Part shown: positions 24,706-30,733 of the stretch, in pieces
Numbering within the stretch: position 1 is the stretch's first letter
Layout: every line of letters starts with the position of its first letter
Program-made: the position numbers and the translations under genes
Notes under the pieces: model-generated
What the model was told of the DNA's origin: nothing
What the model saw: only the letters and a program-made list of their open reading frames with translations
The model's database searches: none
Virus record (IMG/VR): IMGVR_UViG_3300020045_006769
Location: 1 to 30,733 of that record
DNA from: a virus
Lineage: Duplodnaviria > Caudoviricetes
Length of the DNA: 30,733 nt
Direction: 5' to 3' (one strand)

Positions 24706-25065
24706 TTAGGTTTCTGGTTCTGGTTCGACATACATTTCAATGGTTCCGGCCATGGCGCGAACGCCTGTTATGTATAGGTATGTTTTGCGGGCATCGGCTT
24801 CGGGACTGGTAATGGTGTAATAATCGTCGCGCCATAGTATAACCATACTTTCGGCATAGCGACCGAGTGCAAATCGTACTTTAAACTTTTGAACTTTCCC
24901 AATGACTGCGGCGCCTAGCTCCATTTGCCGCTCGCTGGAAACGAAATTCACATCGGCACGGTCGTAAAAGGCGTGTTGATAAGTGCGAACGTTTTCGTTC
25001 GATTCGTTTTTGGTGATGTGCTCAGCAAATACCTGTATGCGTTCGCGGAGTTGTGAACTTAACAT
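24706..25065 (-). CDS. head closure / head-tail adaptor (SPP1 gp16-like)
   Basis: LRERIQV...FKVRF...MVILWRDDYYTI; synteny. Confidence 0.8.
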   Translation of the reverse strand: MLSSQLRERIQVFAEHITKNESNENVRTYQHAFYDRADVNFVSSERQMELGAAVIGKVQKFKVRFALGRYAESMVILWRDDYYTITSPEADARKTYLYITGVRAMAGTIEMYVEPEPET

Positions 25066-25068
25066 GAG

Positions 25069-25198
25069 GCCCCTCCCAAACCCTCCCCAAAGTGGAGGGC
25101 TTTAAAATCGTTACTTATATGTGTATCGGTTATTTTCATCGGTTGCGTTATTAAAAGCGTTTTTAGCTTTCCCCCCTTCGGGGGAACGGGAAGGGGGC
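25069..25198. repeat. C/G-tract palindromic repeat pair (REP/MITE-like)
   Basis: GCCCCTCCCAAACCCTCCCCAAAGTGGAGGG ... TTCCCCCCTTCGGGGGAACGGGAAGGGGGC; same family as 19431-19600. Confidence 0.7.
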
Positions 25199-25758
25199 TA
25201 CCAATAGGTGCGGATGTGTTTTGATATTAGGGTGTTGTAAGCATCGTGCGACATTACGGTCATTGGGCGAAATCCCTGTCGTTCGTTGTCGAACAGGTCG
25301 GAGGTTTTCAGGAGTACAGCGCCTTTCAATACTTTGGGTGTGTTGGCGACGGCGTAGCCTGTTTTGTAGGTTAAGCGTAGTTTATCGGCTTCTATCGGAC
25401 TAAGAAGTTGTAATTCAAACTTATGAAAACCGGCTTCCGCAGCATACCATTCGGCGTCAACTTCAGACCATATTACCCCGTTTAGTTTTTCAAGTTTGAT
25501 AAGTTCTAAAAACGGCGCCTGTGGTATGGTATAACATTGAAAACCATTTTCAGGAACAAAGGTTAGCTCGTTGGTGGTTTCGAGTACGTCGCTGTTGGTG
25601 TCGTTCTCTACCTTGTCGATGGCTATGCCCACCAGCATTTCGATGTAGGTGTCGTCGGCGGTGAAATTATCTTCGATGCCTACTTGCTTTTTTGCTTCGG
25701 CTTTGGTTACCGGTGTGCCTGTTTTTGTTTTGGTGGGTAGGGCGGTTATGATGTGCAT
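25198..25758 (-). CDS. head-tail connector (HK97 gp6-like)
   Basis: PVTKAEAKKQV..DDTYI, YKTGY..PKVLKGAVLL..LFDNER. Confidence 0.85.
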   Translation of the reverse strand: MHIITALPTKTKTGTPVTKAEAKKQVGIEDNFTADDTYIEMLVGIAIDKVENDTNSDVLETTNELTFVPENGFQCYTIPQAPFLELIKLEKLNGVIWSEVDAEWYAAEAGFHKFELQLLSPIEADKLRLTYKTGYAVANTPKVLKGAVLLKTSDLFDNERQGFRPMTVMSHDAYNTLISKHIRTYW

Positions 25759-25790
25759 GGTTGAATGATTGATTTACTGAAGGACTGACG

Positions 25791-25812
25791 GATTGCTTTG
25801 CTCGCAATGGCG
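25791..25812. repeat. GATTGC...GCAAT palindromic repeat, copy 2
   Basis: GATTGCTTTGCTCGCAATGGCG. Confidence 0.55.
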
Positions 25813-25816
25813 AAAT

Positions 25817-25850
25817 AAAAAAGGGAAGGGATAACGGCCCTTCCCTTTTT
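25817..25850 (-). terminator. terminator after the major capsid gene
   Basis: AAAAAAGGGAAGGG-ATAACGG-CCCTTCCCTTTTT. Confidence 0.85.
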
Positions 25851-25876
25851 GGTGTGATGACTATTTCGGACAAATA

Positions 25877-27070
25877 CTAAGTAGCTGAATCGAGATCCGG
25901 AGATTTAACGAATGCGGCATCGTTACGACAAACCATTTTTCCAAGTTTGTTTACAGTCAACTCGATCTGACGAGTTTTTTGGTAAGTGTAAGGGTTAACT
26001 AAAATTTCAAGTGCACCCCAGAAACCGACCCAAATTTCACCCCATGCTCCGTAAACTACATATTTCTTGGCGGCACCGTCGGCAAAAAGCGTAGAATAGT
26101 ATGCGTTTACTCCATCGAAGCTGCGGCCAACTCCGTTATTTGATCCTTGCATTTCGAGAAGGAATTTACCAACTTCTCCACCGGTGATGTCAACTCCTTT
26201 ACCTTCAAAGAATGTGGAACGAGCCATTGCGAAAGCTCCATCGGTATCAACTGCTGCCATCAATGCGTTAAACCCAGCTGGAGTTAATGCTCCTGCTGTT
26301 ACTTCTGTGGCGGCGGCCAATGCTGTAGTGTATGCAATACCGGTATATTTCCGGTCGATACCTTTCACCATGTCGTTGATGATAGCCAGATGTACCTGTG
26401 GGTTTTCCTGTGCAAGCAATTCTTTAGTGAAGATGTCGGTCATGCCAACGGCTTCAGGGCTCATATCTTCGAATGTTGGAACTGCGGCTGTTTGTGTGAT
26501 AGCTGATTTTTCGGCATAAGTTCCAGCAACATCCGGAGTTTTCTTTCCAATTTTCAGGCTTCCTGTCAGACCGTTTAAAACGGTTAATCCCATTTGCTGA
26601 TAAAGTGGTTCTTTACCAATGATCGAGATTCCAGGTACAATTTTAACGTCGATTGAATCGGCATTGCTGGTTGTATTTTGGTCGCGCATGGAATATGGAA
26701 CTAAAAGCCCTGTTGATTCAATACCGCGGGCCATTTCCTGATGGCTTTCTAGTTCCAAGCCTGTTAATCCCTGACTGCCTCCACTGTTGGCATATTCCCG
26801 GATGGCTTTAGCAACGTTGTAAGGTTTTGCTTTACCGCCAATGTTGAAAGACCTGTTTTGTGGCTGTTCAATTTCGCGGGCTTCCAGTCCTTCGGCTTCG
26901 GTAATGTCGGTATCCATACGTGCAACTTCGGCTTTTAAACCGTCGTACTCGGTAGTTTCTTCGGTGGTGGCGGCGCGGAGGGTTCCGTTTTCTTTGCGGG
27001 CATCCAAAATAGCTTGCATACGTGCAACTTTTTCGGCCCTCTTGATTTTCAGTTCTTCGGAAAGTTTCAT
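25877..27070 (-). CDS. HK97-fold major capsid protein
   Basis: N-terminal coiled-coil delta domain; VGFWGALEILVNPYT and RNDAAF; follows the protease. Confidence 0.92.
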   Translation of the reverse strand: MKLSEELKIKRAEKVARMQAILDARKENGTLRAATTEETTEYDGLKAEVARMDTDITEAEGLEAREIEQPQNRSFNIGGKAKPYNVAKAIREYANSGGSQGLTGLELESHQEMARGIESTGLLVPYSMRDQNTTSNADSIDVKIVPGISIIGKEPLYQQMGLTVLNGLTGSLKIGKKTPDVAGTYAEKSAITQTAAVPTFEDMSPEAVGMTDIFTKELLAQENPQVHLAIINDMVKGIDRKYTGIAYTTALAAATEVTAGALTPAGFNALMAAVDTDGAFAMARSTFFEGKGVDITGGEVGKFLLEMQGSNNGVGRSFDGVNAYYSTLFADGAAKKYVVYGAWGEIWVGFWGALEILVNPYTYQKTRQIELTVNKLGKMVCRNDAAFVKSPDLDSAT

Positions 27071-27077
27071 GGATTGA

Positions 27078-27728
27078 TTATTTTTTAAGATTTAAAATTT
27101 CGAGTTCTTTCTCTAATATGTCGTATTCGTTGGCGAGTGCGCGGGCTTCGACTAGTTCAGCCTCCGTGGGTTCAATTGTGGAATCTTCGTCTGGTAATTC
27201 GGATGAGCGTAATTTGATGGCTGTGTTGGCGAATGCTCCATCGATTACGATGGATACATCGTACAGGTCGGCGGCTTCGGTAACGGTGCGGACTGCAATT
27301 TTTTGCGAACGGTCATAAGTGACTCCCTTGTCGGCAATGGTGTAAATAAATGATCCTTCGAAATAATCGCCGCGCTCGATCATAACTACCATGTCGCGCC
27401 CGAGTGTGGTATCGGGAACCTCAACGGTTGCCTTTAATCCGATATCGTCAACCGACAGTTGTAGTGTACCTGATTTATTGCGACCGATCATTTTTTCGCG
27501 GGCATGATCGACGGTTGCCAGACAGTTTAATTCTGGTTTTTCCAGAGCGCGGGTAAATGCGCCCGGCGCAATGATCTCGAAAAATGTTTCACCATATTCG
27601 CGGATTAATTTAGAACGCTGGTTGAAAACTGACGGGTACCATTCGATGAATGTTTTACCGTCGTCGGATCGCTTAACGGCTGCCTGTCCGTCGATGCACC
27701 GGTGTTGCTGATTGGTTTTAGTGGTCAT
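27078..27728 (-). CDS. HK97-family prohead protease
   Basis: FFEIIAPGAF, DH...IGR..SGTLQL..D..GL, PDTTLGRD, GSF and LYDVSIV motifs. Confidence 0.92.
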   Translation of the reverse strand: MTTKTNQQHRCIDGQAAVKRSDDGKTFIEWYPSVFNQRSKLIREYGETFFEIIAPGAFTRALEKPELNCLATVDHAREKMIGRNKSGTLQLSVDDIGLKATVEVPDTTLGRDMVVMIERGDYFEGSFIYTIADKGVTYDRSQKIAVRTVTEAADLYDVSIVIDGAFANTAIKLRSSELPDEDSTIEPTEAELVEARALANEYDILEKELEILNLKK

Positions 27729-28993
27729 AGCGTTGGTGGTGTATTTTTTGGATTTGTTTTTAATGTGGGGTCTGTTTTCAGGAGCGTGTTATAATCGGGG
27801 AAATTTTCGAGCGGGATGTACTGCGCCTGCATATAATGTTTGTTTCCGTATTCGCCCGGAATGGTTTTATTTCCGAGTTTGGCCGCGGCTTCGTTCGGGG
27901 TCATCAGCCCGTTAACTACTTGCTCTTTTATGGTGGTTACTTTCTTGGTGTAATCCATTTCTATAATTACCGAGGTGTCGAATTCTATTTTAAAACCTTT
28001 GTTCAGGATCTCGTCGGTGGTTAATAGTTTGGCGGTGAGCTCGGCAACGTACATGGCTACTTTTGGCCCGATGGTGTTGGTGCGGAATAAAAGGGTGAGC
28101 TGTTCGATGTCGAGTTTTTCGGCTGAACCGTCGATCATAAATAGCGGAATACCGAAGGCGGCGGCTATTTCTTCGCGGGTGTATTTCAGGGTTTCGATGA
28201 GCTGCGAGTCGGCAAACGATGTGGATAGCTTTACAATTTTGGTGAAGGCTGGCAACATCATTGGTTTACCTGAATTTGCGGTGCCGCTGTTTGCTTCCAT
28301 AAATGCCTCGCGGCTTTCTTTCATTGCCTGTAATGCCGGTCCTGATAATGTGCCTGGCATGTCTGATTCGAGGGCGCTGGTTTGTATGCCGTTGTTTTTA
28401 TGAAAATTATCGATGTGGGCGGTGGCGCGTTCGTTGATGTTGGTTTGCTTTCGGAGGGCTTCGAGTACTGGCAGTCCGATGTAACCGTCTTCGGAAATGC
28501 CACGGAAATGCAGCATGTCGGCGGCGGGTATTTCGTCGGCCATGGTGCCCGATGCGCGGCGAATTTTGTAACTGATGATTTCTCCCTCAACGATGGTAAT
28601 GGATTCGATGCGTTCAGGGTGTATGATCTCGAACCGCTGAACGTAGGCGCTTTGTGTGTTTTTGTGGGCGCGAACCAGGCCGTTTCCAAATTTATTAACG
28701 TGTAACTCAACGGTGCTCCAAAATTGCTGCGCGTTTTGCGATGGGTTGGGCTGGTACCTCAACAGCCAGTATAAACGATGCTGTCGTAATTCGAGGCGGC
28801 CCATCTGGTTGTCGGCATAAATGCTGATTGGCATTCGCGAAACGGCGCTGCTCAGTCGATCGAAACAGGTAAAAACGGTTGAAATTTGTTCAGGTATTCC
28901 GCTAACACCGTTTGTTTCAATGCTTTGCATTTGTGTGCCTAGCGTAACACGGGCGGTTTTATACTGATTCCATAGGTATGATAGAAAATTCAT
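27725..28993 (-). CDS. HK97-family portal protein
   Basis: LLRYQPN, MLHFRG..DGYIGLP, EEIAAAFGIP and GLMTPNE motifs. Confidence 0.93.
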   Translation of the reverse strand: MNFLSYLWNQYKTARVTLGTQMQSIETNGVSGIPEQISTVFTCFDRLSSAVSRMPISIYADNQMGRLELRQHRLYWLLRYQPNPSQNAQQFWSTVELHVNKFGNGLVRAHKNTQSAYVQRFEIIHPERIESITIVEGEIISYKIRRASGTMADEIPAADMLHFRGISEDGYIGLPVLEALRKQTNINERATAHIDNFHKNNGIQTSALESDMPGTLSGPALQAMKESREAFMEANSGTANSGKPMMLPAFTKIVKLSTSFADSQLIETLKYTREEIAAAFGIPLFMIDGSAEKLDIEQLTLLFRTNTIGPKVAMYVAELTAKLLTTDEILNKGFKIEFDTSVIIEMDYTKKVTTIKEQVVNGLMTPNEAAAKLGNKTIPGEYGNKHYMQAQYIPLENFPDYNTLLKTDPTLKTNPKNTPPTL

Positions 28994-29046
28994 TGCGCGC
29001 TTTTCTGTAATATGTTTTGAATACAGATTGCGCGGATGGTAACGGA

Positions 29047-30733
29047 CTACGCGGATTCTTTTGGTGCCATCAGGGTTTTAAAGAATTCGGCGGTGGCATC
29101 GTTGTTGTTTTGCAGCCATGCACCTACGGCCATCGCCCAGGCTACCGGACCGTCGACCGAATCCATCGATTTGTTTTTCATGATCTTGATGTTGCCGTTT
29201 CCGTCTTTGTATAGCACGATGTTGCGGAACATCCAGCGCATAACGGGATTGGTGCCCATGTCGAGCGTGTCGTCGAAGAATAGTTTTTCGATGTACTTCA
29301 GCGGAAAGTTAAACCATACGGTCGTTTGCCTGAATTTGCAACAGTTTATAAACAGGGTGCTTTCAATTTCAGGAATGATAAACCCTGAATTCCATTCGTC
29401 GTAATTTATTTGACGGATTTCAAAAACTGTATTCCAGTATTTGATACGCTCAAGTATTATTTTCTGGTCGATGGTGGCTGTTGGGTGTTCAATGATGTGG
29501 CCTTTTTCGATCCAACCGCCCAGGTCTATACCTGAATTTCGCACGCGCTTGGTTTCGTTTTGCGGAAAATAAAATTCAGGAATGACACCGTGGCGCCCTG
29601 TGGCCTCATCGTGCCAGTGAATAACGATTGATGCAAGGTCGCGGGTGGCAGACATATCGATACCCATGTATGCCACTGGTCGGCCCTCTGGTACCTGAAT
29701 AGTACGGAAGGCCGTCACATAAATGTCGTCGGGAATCCATTGTTCGTTGTTATCGAGGTATCTGTTTAGGTTCTTGGTGATGAAATTGTTTTTCTCGGTG
29801 ATGGTTAATTTGGCTTTTTCCCATTCTTTAACCAGTGCATCGAGGCGAATGGTTACCCCGATGTTTGGGTTTGCCTTAATCCAGCAATTAGTGTCCTCCA
29901 CATCGTCGTCGTCGTCGAGCGTAAACAGTGCAATAAAGGTTATATCGTCCTGAATGTTGCCGTCGAGTACCTGCTTTGCTGTTTCAACCATCAGAAAAAA
30001 CGGGTAATCCTTATTGAATCCGGCGGTGCTGGTGATTATTCCCAGGGGATTTTCGCGGCTCATGGTACCTGATTTCATTACGTTGTAAAAATCGAGGGTT
30101 TTATGTGCGTGCATTTCGTCGAGAATAAACACGTACGGGTTTAGCGAGTCGTTGGCTTCTGGTTTATTGGCGAGCACTTTTAAAATTCCCGATCGCTTTG
30201 GATAGATGATCTGGAATTGCTGAACCTTTAGGCGGGCTTTCATGGCGGGCGAATTCTTAACCATGTTCTTGACGTACCTCAAACCTTGCCCGGCTTGCTC
30301 GCGGGTGGTGGCGCATAGATAGGCTTCAGTATCGGCTTCTCCGTCGTACATGAGCATGTACAGCTGAATGGCTACTGCAAAAACTGTTTTACCTGATTTG
30401 CGGGCGGTATAAATTAGCGCGTATCGGTAGCGGCGTATTCCGGTGGGGTAATACCATCCGAATAATTCGGAAATGATCCAGGCTTGATAAGGTGAAAGTT
30501 TAAATTGCGAGTACTTTGGGCCAATTTTAATGCGGAGAAATGAAAAGAATTTGAAAACGTGCTCAACTGCTGAAGGTCTGAAAGTAATATCAGTTCGTCG
30601 CTTGTCGTTCCGGCGCCGTGTGATCGCCTGGCGTATGTACTTCGATACCGTTTTATTCCCCGTCTCGATGTCCTTTGTGTAATTCTACGACTCTCTCATG
30701 GCTTCGTGTATGTACCGGCTTATCGGATAGGAT
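29047..30733 (-). CDS. terL: terminase large subunit (Terminase_1 type); the frame extends upstream of the listed ORF, with an in-frame TAG at 30685-30687
   Basis: Upstream of 30357 the same frame encodes LSPYQAWI and Walker A TARKSGKT; Walker B ILDEMH; nuclease motifs GIDMS and VDGPVA. Confidence 0.92.

Noticed and set aside
1311-29953. Many + strand ORFs and nested ORFs in the track (for example 3912-4355, 20625-21161, 27975-28403)
   Set aside because: They are antisense or out-of-frame shadows of well-supported genes and carry no recognisable motifs.
1-30733. Genome-wide TAG reassignment
   Set aside because: The capsid, tail tube, endolysin, PcfJ and TerL genes end at TAG at expected lengths, and the genes are not fragmented.

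Overview
About 31 kb of a temperate HK97-type siphovirus genome, most likely from a Bacteroidota host (inferred from TTTG-N19-TAnnTTTG promoters, PcfK/PcfJ genes, FISUMP domains and the integrase type). Almost all genes run on the minus strand. The late module runs right to left: TerL, portal, prohead protease, capsid, connectors, tail tube, frameshifted chaperones, a glycosyltransferase insert, tape measure, tail tip and fibres, YegP, GH108 endolysin and holin. Next come an apparently intact attP with a tyrosine integrase, a CI/Cro-like switch, and a leftward early operon containing a tRNA-CAT, a clamp-like protein, SSB, AcrIIA9/PcfK and PcfJ. The most striking structure is at the end of the early operon (405-1791): three attC-like hairpins delimit phage genes packaged as integron-style cassettes with self-complementary ends, and no IntI is present in the window. 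Other oddities are a REP-flanked glycosyltransferase inside the tail operon, two circularly permuted FISUMP domains, an initiator-like tRNA with a rebuilt anticodon stem, a switch-like leader RNA, and an in-frame TAG near the TerL start. All calls come from reading the sequence and recalling family motifs; no searches were run.
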